From Fimbriosthenelais zetlandica (taxonomy: Eukaryota), in the NCBI GenBank assembly GCA_977030845.1, contig OZ365118.1, forward strand, positions 3,286,001 to 3,350,000: a stretch of 64,000 bases of DNA, in the 5' to 3' direction. Each line of letters opens with the position of its first letter. Position 1 is the stretch's first letter. The notes beneath the pieces were generated by a model. The model searched no databases, had not been told where the DNA came from, and saw only the letters and a list, made by a program, of their open reading frames with translations. Below are positions 52,916-62,990 of this stretch, in pieces. A program made the position numbers and the translations under genes.

Positions 52916-53920
52916 TAAGTTTCCCTTATTGTTATTCATTTCTTATCAGTTTTTATTAGCCTCAGTAGCTGTGAATAGTAAGTGTCCCTTATTGTTATTA
53001 ATTATAAGTTTTATTAGCCTCAGTAGCTGTGAATAGTAAGTGTCCCTTATTGTTATTAATTATAAGTTTTATTAGCCTCAGTAGCTGTGAATAGTAAGTG
53101 TCCCCTATTTTTATTAATTATAAGTTTTATTAGCCTCAGTAGCTGTGAATAGTAAGTGTCCCCTATTTTTATTAATTATAAGTTTTATTAGCCTCAGTAG
53201 CTGTGAATAGTAAGTGTCCCCTATTGTTATTAATTATAAGTTTTATTAGCCTCAGTAGCTGTGAATAGTAAGTGTCCCTTATTGTTATTAATTATAAGTT
53301 TTATTAGCCTCAGTAGCTGTGAATAGTAAGTGTCCCTTATTGTTATTAATTATAAGTTTTATTAGCCTCAGTAGCTGTGAATAGTAAGTGTCCCTTATTG
53401 TTATTAATTATAAGTTTTATTAGCCTCAGTAGCTGTGAATAGTAAGTGTCCCTTATTGTTATTAATTATAAGTTTTATTAGCCTCAGTAGCTGTGAATAG
53501 TAAGTGTCCCTTATTGTTATTAATTATAAGTTTTATTAGCCTCAGTAGCTGTGAATAGTAAGTGTCCCTTATTGTTATTAATTATAAGTTTTATTAGCCC
53601 CAGTTGCTGTGAATAGTAAGTGTCCCTTATTGTTATTAATTATAAGTTTTATTAGCCCCAGTTGCTGTGAATAGTAAGTGTCTCTTATTGTTATTAATTA
53701 TAAGTTTTATTAGCCCCAGTAGCTGTGAATAGTAAGTGTCCCCTATTGTTATTAATTATAAGTTTTATTAGCCCCAGTTGCTGTGAATAGTAAGTGTCCC
53801 TTATTGTTATTAATTATAAGTTTTATTAGCCTCAGTAGCTGTGAATAGTAAGTGTCCCCTATTGTTATTAATTATAAGTTTTATTAGCCTCAGTAGCTGT
53901 GAATAGTAAGCTTCCCTTAT
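52916..53920. repeat. 58-bp AT-rich satellite, about 17 copies
   Basis: Unit AGTAGCTGTGAATAGTAAGTGTCCCTTATTGTTATTAATTATAAGTTTTATTAGCCTC. AGTAGCT register runs from 52964 to 53892 (16 x 58 bp). Confidence 0.98.
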
Positions 53921-54362
53921 TCATTTTTTATCAGTTTCTATTAAACTCTGTAGCTCCCCTGGACGAATTACTTTCAAGAAAAATTGTGGGAATTGTTTTT
54001 CTGGGTGGGTGTCCTGATACAAATGCGAGCATTTGGCCGAAAAGGACGCCATGTATGCGGTCGTTTTTCCCCCACGCGTGATTGATAATTCATAGAAAAT
54101 ATAGTGTATTATTGATGTCAAGCCTTTCAAAAGGAATCTGAAATACAAGGGAACTTGTAATGTACTTGTAACTTGTAACTTTAATGTACAGTTAAGAATG
54201 GGCAAGATTTTTGGTATGCTAAATAGATGTAAAACCCAACCTTTCTTAACTATAACTTTAAAGCAAATCTGTGTATAACGATATTTATTTATTTATTTAT
54301 TTGTTTTTTTTGCTGACTTGCTAATTTGCTTGCTCATTTGCTCATTCATTTGCTTATTCATT
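53911..54362 (+). repeat. Interspersed element copy 2, direct repeat of 52089-52556
   Basis: See copy 1. It begins exactly where the 58-bp array ends. Confidence 0.85.
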
Positions 54363-54377
54363 TTTTGAAAATGTCCT

Positions 54378-54425
54378 TCCCCGTGTGGTGAAGGTTGCTG
54401 GTTCGAAACACGGCCAGGTCAAATA
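54378..54425 (+). mobile_element. Partial tRNA-derived (SINE-like) fragment with a B box
   Basis: GGTTCGAAAC (54400-54409) in the context GGTGAAGGTTGCTGGTTCGAAACACGGCCAGGTC. No A box seen. Confidence 0.35.
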
Positions 54426-55017
54426 AAAACCACACTCAGGTCAAACCTTATAGGTCTTTGGTCAAACGTTGCAATAAGAGAACACTACAAGGGCTGGTCG
54501 GCCTGGTGTAGGGATATTGGTGACATAGCTAATGTGACATGTGCCTGTGATATGAGGCATCACTATGATCATTGAGGCACCCTGGCTCACTGTCACAAGT
54601 AGGCGCCGTCATGATATCAGTATCATCTGGCTCACTGTCACCGTCATGAATGATATCATTAACTGAAAAAGTGTTGAAAGTGAAATTAAACAACCATTCA
54701 ATCAATACGATAAAATCACCCTTGAAAACCAATTGCCTTTCTTTATACCCACTTAAACACATCCTTTCTCTCCAATTCTACTAAGGAAATAAGTTGTTAC
54801 TTACGTCCATAGTTCAACGGACACAGCCGATATTACCGTCCATTATTTAGAAATGCAACAATGAGCATCTTGTCTCAATGAGCATCTTGTCTCAATGAGC
54901 CTCAGTCTGTCACCTTAATTAACACTGACATACATCATGTATACGTCTATATCATTATAAATTACTTCTGCATTTTAAAATATATTGACATATGCATACT
55001 TTATGTCGTTTTTCTAG

Positions 55018-55127
55018 GAAATTAGAGCAGCAGTGACGGAGGAAGAGTCCAGAACAGCCATGCATTCATCATGTACATCGCGTCACATGGCGTGGACAAA
55101 CTTCATCAATGCGTGCCAGACACTTAA
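55018..55127 (+). pseudogene. Possible frameshifted caspase-like (p20, His motif) exon remnant
   Basis: Acceptor GTCGTTTTTCTAG, then EIRAAVTEE; a shifted frame gives QNSHAFIMYIASHGVD, resembling the caspase hydrophobic-strand-SHG motif. The similarity is short and needs a frameshift. Confidence 0.3.
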
Positions 55128-55479
55128 GTTAAGTCAAATGTTCTCTCCCCTCCCTACATTGTAGAGTACAAGACATGAGTAAACCTACAATTAACGTCAT
55201 ACAGATCAGATGATTTAATGTCATACGCCAAATGATTGTAGAAATGAACTGTTGTATGAGCATTCATTCCCAATATGACTTAGCTCAATTTCAGATTGTT
55301 AGTCTGTATAGACGCTATTATAGTCCGGGCTCAAGATCCCTCAAAGAGCTCTAAACATGATTTTATCCTACCCCACTTGCTCCGTACAATTTCTTTTTTC
55401 GATAGCTAAATCCGAGTTTTGTAGAAACCCTTTCTTAAAAAAAAAACAGACAAATTTTATAATTTTCGAAAAATTCTAC

Positions 55480-56216
55480 ATCCGATATGGGCATGTCATT
55501 CCTCATATGGAAGTACCCCCAGAGGGCGTTCTAAATATTTAAAAAGTCACCCTGATTAACTGGTTACCATGGCAACATGAAAACTGTAATTTTGTCGATT
55601 TTTCAGCAAAGATTTTCAGTTTCCATAGCAACTGCAGTAATTGGTATTTCAGAATTTTTACATTTAATATTCAAGGTATGTCAACTACCTATCTCATGCT
55701 TATATAATTAAAGACAATTGTATTGAATAGTTTTCATGGTGATAAGGGCGAAATGCAACATTCACATCCTCCTCTCTGCTCCCTTCCTCTCTCTGGTCAG
55801 GTCAGGTATAGAAATACCTTGCGCTGCTATGGCTTGCTTGCGCTGCTATGGCTCGCTTGCGCTGCTCTGATCTGTATGCATTAAGCCATGCTTTGCATGC
55901 ATTTCCTAGCCTTGCCCGCGCTCCTTAGCCCCGCCTGCGCTCCTTAGCCCCGCTCCTTTACATATACTCACACTCTGTTTATCTGTTATGTGAATGTTCC
56001 TTTTTGCCCTTATCATCATGGAAACTAACCGATACAATTATCTTTAATTATACATGCATGACATAGGTGGTTGACGTACCTTGAATATTGAATGTAAAAA
56101 TTGCTGAAATACCAATTACTGCAGTTGCTCTGGAAACTGAAAATAAATCTGCTGAAAAATCGACAAAATGACATAGTTTTCAGATGGCCATGGTAACCAG
56201 GTAATCAGGGTGACTT
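55480..56216. mobile_element. Foldback-type non-autonomous element, copy A
   Basis: Imperfect inverted arms 55544-55767 and 55988-56216 (AAGTCACCCTGATTAACTGGTTACCATGGC ... GCCATGGTAACCAGGTAATCAGGGTGACTT). The loop of about 220 bp holds short 19-bp tandem repeats. Homologous to 56882-57060 and to 62991-63673. Confidence 0.75.
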
Positions 56217-56370
56217 ATATTTTCAACAAGGTCGATTTCTATGGTTGGCACCCAGAAAAGTGGTCTTAATATGCACTAAACGGGTGGCCTTGTTACATAG
56301 AGGATATATAGAGGAAAAGATTCAGGGAAAAAGTAGTATTATAAACCTGGTGGTCTAGTTGGAGGGACCT

Positions 56371-56481
56371 GTAACATTGTAGAGCCATAACATTGTAGAG
56401 CCATAACATTGTAGAGCTGTAACATTGTAGAGCTGTAACATTGTAGAGCCTTAACATGTAGAGCCATACGTGTGTAGAGCC
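56371..56481. repeat. 16-bp minisatellite, about 7 copies
   Basis: Unit TAACATTGTAGAGC(CA/TG). The same AACATTGTAGAGCC motif recurs near 56857 and, inverted, near 63693. Confidence 0.9.
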
Positions 56482-56553
56482 GAGAAGATAGGCCAATTTT
56501 AGACACCTTAATTAGGCTACGCCAATAATTACTTGTTTATACTTTCCTTACAG

Positions 56554-56730
56554 CTACATCTTAAAATCGCAAGGAACATCTGTGCTGCGTATGCCGCATG
56601 CCTGCTGACAAGAGACTGCAACCACCGAGCATTTCAACAACACCAACGTTCAATGACCACTATCGAAATGATCCATTTCATTTCTAAAAGCTTTCAAAGG
56701 AACTTTGAAATAATTAATTATGGACAATAG
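56554..56730 (+). pseudogene. NAXD: NAXD C-terminal exon copy (+ strand), probably frameshifted
   Basis: Acceptor CTTTCCTTACAG. Encodes ...NICAAYAACLLTRDCNHRAFQQHQRSMTTIEMIHFISKSFQRNFEIINYGQ-stop, matching the NAXD C-terminus [44 protein letters not shown] (recalled). Lacks 4 nt (TCCA) that are present in the minus-strand copy. Confidence 0.8.
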
Positions 56731-56881
56731 ATAGTAATTAGAGGCTCGTAATATTGTGATCTACCGGCGAAATGAAGTGTTACAGAAACAGGAAGCGGAA
56801 TTAAAGCAGACGACATATAGCTGATGGTGGTGCCAGAGGAAGTGAAGTTTCTAGAAACATTGTAGAGCCGTGATATTGTAG

Positions 56882-57060
56882 ATCCATATGGGCATGTCAT
56901 TCCTCATATGGAAGTACTCCCAGAGGGCGTTCTAAATACAAAAAAGTCACCCTGATTAACTGGTTACCATGGCAACCTGAAAACTCTGTACCAACTGTAC
57001 CAAAAAAATACTAATTACTGCAGTTGCTATGGAAACGGAAAATATATCTGCTCAAAAATT
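56882..57060. mobile_element. Foldback element copy B, internally deleted
   Basis: Direct repeat of 55480 onward (ATCCATATGGGCATGTCATTCCTCATATGGAAGTAC...CACCCTGATTAACTGGTTACCATGGCAAC), joined directly to right-arm sequence (TAATTACTGCAGTTGCTATGGAAAC). Confidence 0.75.
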
Positions 57061-57199
57061 GAGTAAAATGTCATTGTAAAATATCATAGAATGCACAATT
57101 GGTGTACAATGTTCAATTATTGTATAATACACAATTAGTGTACAATGTGTCTAGGAAATTAGAGCAGCAGCAGAATGACACGTTAACATAATTGCCTGC

Positions 57200-58315
57200 C
57201 CCCTCTCCTATAATTGAAGTTTGTCCTTAAACTTATTCCCAGCCCTTCCTATAATTGAAGTCTATCCTTGAAATATTTCCCAGCCATTCCTATACTTAGT
57301 CTATCCTTGAAATAATTCCCATCCCTTGCTTTAATTAAAGTTTGTCAAACTTGTTTCCATCCCTTCCTTTAATTAAATTTGTCCTTCAACTTATTCCCAG
57401 CCCTTCCTATAATTGAAGTCTATCCTTGAAATATTTCCCAGCCATTCCTATACTTAGTCTATCCTTGAAATAATTCCCATCCCTTGCTTTAATTAAAGTT
57501 TGTCAAACTTATTTCCATCCCTTCTTTTAATTAAATTTGTCCTTCAACTTATTCCCAGCCCTTCCTATAATTAAAGTCTATCCTTGAAATATTTCCCAGC
57601 CATTCCTATACTTAGTCTATCCTTGAAATAATTCCCAGCCCTTGCTTTAAAGTTTGTCAAACTTATTTCCATCCCTTCCTTTAATTAAATTTGTCCTTCA
57701 ACTTATTCCCAGCCCTTCCTATAATTGAAGTCTATCCTTGAAATATTTCCCAGCCATTCCTATACTTAGTCTATCCTTGAAATAATTCCCATCCCTTGCT
57801 TTAATTAAAGTTTGTCAAACTTATTTCCATCCCTTCCTTTAATTAAATTTGTCCTTCAACTTATTCCCAGCCCTTCCTATAATTAAAGTCTATCCTTGAA
57901 ATATTTCCCAGCCATTCCTATACTTAGTCAAACTTATTTCCATCCCTTCCTTTAATTAAATTTGTCCTTCAACTTATTCCCAGCCCTTCCTATAATTAAA
58001 GTCTATCCTTGAAATAATTCCCATCCCTTGCTTTAATTAAAGTTTGTCAAACTTATTTCCATCCCTTCCTTTAATTAAATTTGTCCTTCAACTTATTCCC
58101 AGCCCTTCCTATAATTAAAGTCTATCCTTGAAATATTTCCCAGCCATTCCTATACTTAGTCTATCCTTGAAATAATTCCCATCCCTTGCTTTAATTAAAC
58201 TTTGTCAAACTTATTTCCATCCCTTCCTTTAATTAAATTTGTCCTTCAACTTATTCCCAGCCCTTCCTATAATTAAAGTTTATCCTTGAAATAATTCCCA
58301 GCCCTTCATTTAATC
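57200..58315. repeat. 158-bp higher-order satellite built from four related subunits of about 38-42 bp, about 7 copies
   Basis: The TTATTCCCAGCCCTTCCTATAATT register recurs at 57233, 57391, 57549, 57703, 57861, 57974, 58093 and 58251. The short periods (113 and 119 bp) correspond to loss of one subunit. Confidence 0.92.
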
Positions 58316-58883
58316 AAAGCCCAGTCCATCTATCAGATTAGTGATTAGAAAATGTGTCTGATATAGTAAGATGGATATTATTGTGGTTTTGAATCATGTA
58401 CTTTCTTATGGAAACAAGACAGGTTACAAGTTCTTAAAATGAATTAATCAAAATGTTCTTAAAATAGGCAGCAAAACAGGTACATGTACTTACTTTTAAT
58501 GATTTCTTCTGAGGAAAAATCTTAGTTGATTGTGATTATGTTATGAGCATTGAAATATTGTGTTCATAGGATTCATGGAATAACTTCATAGAACTAATGA
58601 AGGTGCTCATTAGTACTGATTCCTCAGTTCTTAGGTTCAGTGCTTTCAATATTGCTATATCAATCTTAATTTAATGTTCTTTGCCTTTCCACACTGCCTT
58701 GTGAATTTCCTAATAGTTTTATTAACGAGAGGATTTATTTGAGATAATGTAATATTCTAAAACGGTGAATATGACTGCTGAACCCAAAGTATTAATAAAA
58801 AGAACATTCTGACATAAAAGTGACGTTTTCAATATGTGTCATACCAAACCCCTCCTACCTTATCGTGCTGTGGCGTTCCACCA

Positions 58884-59841
58884 CTTCAAACAGCTCAGAC
58901 AACTCAAACAATTCTGAGACAAGGTCTGAGACCTTGTATTTTACTTTTCTTATTTTTTAGATTTTATTTTTTAATAAGTCGGCTTCAAACAGCTCAGACC
59001 ACTCAGACCACTCAGACAACTCAGACAACTCAGACCACTCAGACAACTCAGACCAAGGTCTGAGACCTTGTATTTTACTTTTCTTATTTTTTAGATTTTA
59101 TTTTTTAATAAGTCGGCTTCAAACAGCTCAGACAACTCAGACCACTCAGACCACTCAGACAACTCAGACCAAGGTCTGAGACCTTGTATTTTACTTTTCT
59201 TATTTTTTAGATTTTATTTTTTAATAAGTCGGCTTCAAACAGCTCAGACAACTCAGACCACTCAGACAACTCAGACAACTCAGACCAAGGTCTGAGACCT
59301 TGTATTTTACTTTTCTTATTTTTTAGATTTTATTTTTTAATAAGTCGGCTTCAAACAGCTCAGACCACTCAGACCACTCAGACAACTCAGACAACTCCGA
59401 CCACTCAGACAACTCAGACCAAGGTCTGAGACCTTGTATTTTACTTTTCTTATTTTTTAGATTTTATTTTTTAATAAGTCGGCTTCAAACAGCTCAGACA
59501 ACTCAGACCACTCAGACAACTCAGACAACTCAGACCAAGGTCTGAGACCTTGTATTTTACTTTTCTTATTTTTTAGATTTTATTTTTTAATAAGTCGGCT
59601 TCAAACAGCTCAGACAACTCAGACCACTCAGACAACTCAGACAACTCAGACCACTCAGACAACTCAGACCAAGGTCTGAGACCTTGTATTTTACTTTTCT
59701 TATTTTTTAGATTTTATTTTTTAATAAGTCGGCTTCAAACAGCTCAGACAACTCAGACCACTCAGACAACTCAGACCACTCAGACAACTCAGACCACTCA
59801 GACAACTCAAACAGCTCAGACAACTCAGACAGCTCAGACCA
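58884..59841. repeat. Composite tandem array: seven 73-bp constant blocks separated by variable runs of a 9-bp repeat
   Basis: Constant block CAAGGTCTGAGACCTTGTATTTTAC...AAGTCGGCTTCAAACAG at 58920, 59054, 59170, 59286, 59420, 59536 and 59670. Spacers are made of CTCAGACAA and CTCAGACCA units. Confidence 0.97.
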
Positions 59842-59898
59842 GGTCACTTGGCCAGTCTCAAGATAAAGCCCCCATTTCCCACTCTGTATATCAGCCAT

Positions 59899-59967
59899 GT
59901 TCATAGCTCAGTGGTAACGTGCCTGCTTCTGGCACGAGAGTAGAGGGTTCGAACCCTGGTAAAACGA
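59899..59967 (+). mobile_element. tRNA-derived SINE head or tRNA pseudogene
   Basis: A box TAGCTCAGTGG (59904-59914), stem GTGCC-7nt-GGCAC, and T arm AGGG-TTCGAA-CCCT with B box GGTTCGAACCC (59946-59956). The acceptor stem does not pair and the anticodon loop is non-canonical, so it is not a functional tRNA. Confidence 0.65.
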
Positions 59968-61024
59968 GGTCTGGGCCAACTTCTGGAGCGTTCACTACAT
60001 CAAAATATTTTATTATATATATATTATTTCACATCTGATTGTCGGACGGGGTTTTGCTTCACGTCTGGGGTACAACAGATGGGGTTGATTATTTTCATTG
60101 TTTAAATAAACAAGATTCGCCATAATATTATACATTATTTACTTCATGACACAAAAATAAACATGATTACAAGTCTTCTTAGTATACAAAAAGCATAGAG
60201 TACTGGGCCATGTTATCATTGTATGAAATGAAAAACATTACTCCGATAAAGCCCTCGTGTTTTGACATTTATGCAATGGAACAACACTAAGGATAGTCTG
60301 TATATATAACACTATACAACATACAAAATCTAACCTCCATTAATCAACTTTGAGCACTGGTTCTGATGTGCCAAAAAGGAAGCGATCATTAATGTTCATG
60401 TGCCATCATATCATCTCAAACTTTTCCATCGTCATCGTCAGCAAATGCCCTAGTGTTGTACAGAAAAACAAACTGTAGAAGGCAAATTCTCAAATCTTTA
60501 AAAGTCTGCTTGTCTCCTAATCACAGAGTCACCAGAATAATTAGTCAGAATTGTGTGCTTCAAGAGAATCAAACATGAAAATAAATTAATCTCCCATTGT
60601 ATAAATGGCAGTTACTAACGGTAAAATACTGGAAGGCACATCAAAGTGAGAAGAGGCCGAATGCGACATGTGTCAATAGGACCTATTTCAGCTTCCTCCA
60701 CGTGGCATTAAACACATAGAAAGAGCAAGTCTGAGTGGCTCATTTGAAGGGAGCAGTTGACAAAAGATGACAGGCGGCTGCATGAAAGTACGAGCTCCCC
60801 TTCCCACACCGGGCCCGCTGGGTCACAGGCGTCTCTCATGCCCTCTCTTCAAATTATTTGACAAGTTTGCATGATGAGAAATCTGTGAATCGATCGGCAC
60901 CGGGGAAGTATTTGATATGAATTCTCGCATGTCAGAATGAATCTGTATTTGATGTAAATCTGTATTTTAGAGGAAGCAGCTGACAGTTGTGTGGTGCGGG
61001 GCGGTTTTACAGGAAACATGAGCC

Positions 61025-61080
61025 AGGCTGAGGGCACAGGCTGAGGGCACAGGCTGAGGGCACAGGCTGAGGGCACAGGC
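61025..61080. repeat. 13-bp tandem repeat, 4.3 copies
   Basis: AGGCTGAGGGCAC x4. Confidence 0.95.
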
Positions 61081-61147
61081 GAGGACAAGCTCCCAACAAT
61101 GACCCAACAACGACTACAACCAAGGTATACCATGTAGCCTACCATAT

Positions 61148-62670
61148 TGGGGTATAAATTAATAATACACAGTAGAACCTGACAAATAAGACAACCGATC
61201 ATGACAGTAGCAACAATTGATCAAATAATTTACACTGACAAGTGTTCTCTGATCCACTGTACAAGTTGGTAAATGGTTAAGTAAGTTTGAGGTCTAATAA
61301 TATATAGTAGAACCTCACAAATAAGATAACCGATCATGAGTAGCAACAATTGATCAAATAATTTACACTGACAAGTGGTCTCTGATCCACTGTACAAGTT
61401 GGTAAATGGTTAAGTAAGTTTGAGGTATAATAATATATAGTAGAACCTGACAAATAAGATAACCGATCATGACAGTAGCAACAATTGATCAAACAAATAA
61501 TTTACACTGACAATTGGTCTCTGATCCACTGTACAAGTTGGTAAAGGGTTTAAGTAAGTTTGGGGTATAATAATATACAGTAGAACCTCACAAATAAGAT
61601 ACCGATCATGACAGTAGCAACAATTGATCAAACAAATAATTTACACTGACAATTGGTCTCTGATCCACTGTACAAGTTGGTAAATGGTTAAGTAAGTTTG
61701 AGGTATAATAATATATAGTAGAACCTCACAAATAAGATAACCGATCATGACAGTAGCAACAATTGATCAAACAAATAATTTACACTGACAATTGGTCTCT
61801 GATCCACTGTACAAGTTGGTAAATGCTTAAGTAAGTTTGAGGTATAATAATATATAGTAGAACCTCACAAATAAGATAACCGATCATGACAGTAGCAACA
61901 ATTGATCAAACAAATAATTTACACTGACAATTGGTCTCTGATCCACTGTACAAGTTGGTAAAGGGTTTAAGTAAGTTTGGGGTATAATAATATACAGTAG
62001 AACCTCACAAATAAGATACCGATCATGACAGTAGCAACAATTGATCAAACAAATAATTTACACTGACAATTGGTCTCTGATCCACTGTACAAGTTGGTAA
62101 AGGGTTTAAGTAAGTTTGGGGTATAATAATATACAGTAGAACCTCACAAATAAGATACCGATCATGACAGTAGCAACAATTGATCAAACAAATAATTTAC
62201 ACTGACAATTGGTCTCTGATCCACTGTACAAGTTGGTAAAGGGTTTAAGTAAGTTTGGGGTATAATAATATACAGTAGAACCTCACAAATAAGATACCGA
62301 TCATGACAGTAGCAACAATTGATCAAACAAATAATTTACACTGACAATTGGTCTCTGATCCACTGTACAAGTTGGTAAAGGGTTTAAGTAAGTTTGGGGT
62401 ATAATAATATACAGTAGAACCTCACAAATAAGATACCGATTATGACAGTAGCAACAATTGATCAAACAAATAATTTACACTGACAATTGGTCTCTGATCC
62501 ACTGTACAAGTTGGTAAAGGGTTTAAGTAAGTTTGAGGTATAATAATATATAGTAGAACCTCACAAATAAGATAACCGATCATGACAGTAGCAACAATTG
62601 ATCAAATAATTTACACTGACAAGTGGTCTCTGATCCACTGTACAAGTTGGTAAAGGGTTTAAGTAAGTTG
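61148..62670. repeat. Satellite of about 139 bp, 11 copies
   Basis: AGTAGAACC register at 61171, 61306, 61439, 61579, 61717, 61856, 61996, 62135, 62274, 62413 and 62552. Unit contains ...GATCATGACAGTAGCAACAATTGATCAAACAAATAATTTACACTGACAATTGGTCTCTGATCCACTGTACAAGTTGG... Confidence 0.97.
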
Positions 62671-62990
62671 GAGAGTTTTATCAGTGATAGGTAACAGAGT
62701 TCCTTGCCTGTCTTATAGTGTGGCTTCACTAGGAGCACTGAATGGCTTCCATCATTAGCTCACCTAGAGTAGATGATGAGCAGCTCGTGGAGCATCATAC
62801 ACACCATACACGGCTGGCGGATTACACCTGAGGCTATAAAGCCGGGGGTCCACCGCCCAGCTCACATTAATCTTAATCTTCATCATATCAAAAGATGATT
62901 ATCACTTTGGCGGGGTGGCTGTGTATTAAGAGAACATATATCGAGGATAGTGGTTGCTTACTGGGCACGGCTCAGCATTCTCACACTGAC

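Noticed and set aside
54529-54662. Minus-strand acidic exon candidate (NDIIHDGDSEPDDTDIMTAPTCDSEPG...)
   Set aside because: It has an acceptor, but the apparent coding character comes partly from an internal 14-bp duplication. No family recognised and no partner exons.
58884-59841. CRISPR array
   Set aside because: Spacers are repeats of one 9-mer rather than unique sequences, the 73-bp repeat is too long, there are no cas genes, and the context is eukaryotic.
59899-59967. Functional tRNA gene
   Set aside because: No acceptor-stem pairing and no U33 in the anticodon loop; kept only as a tRNA-derived fragment.
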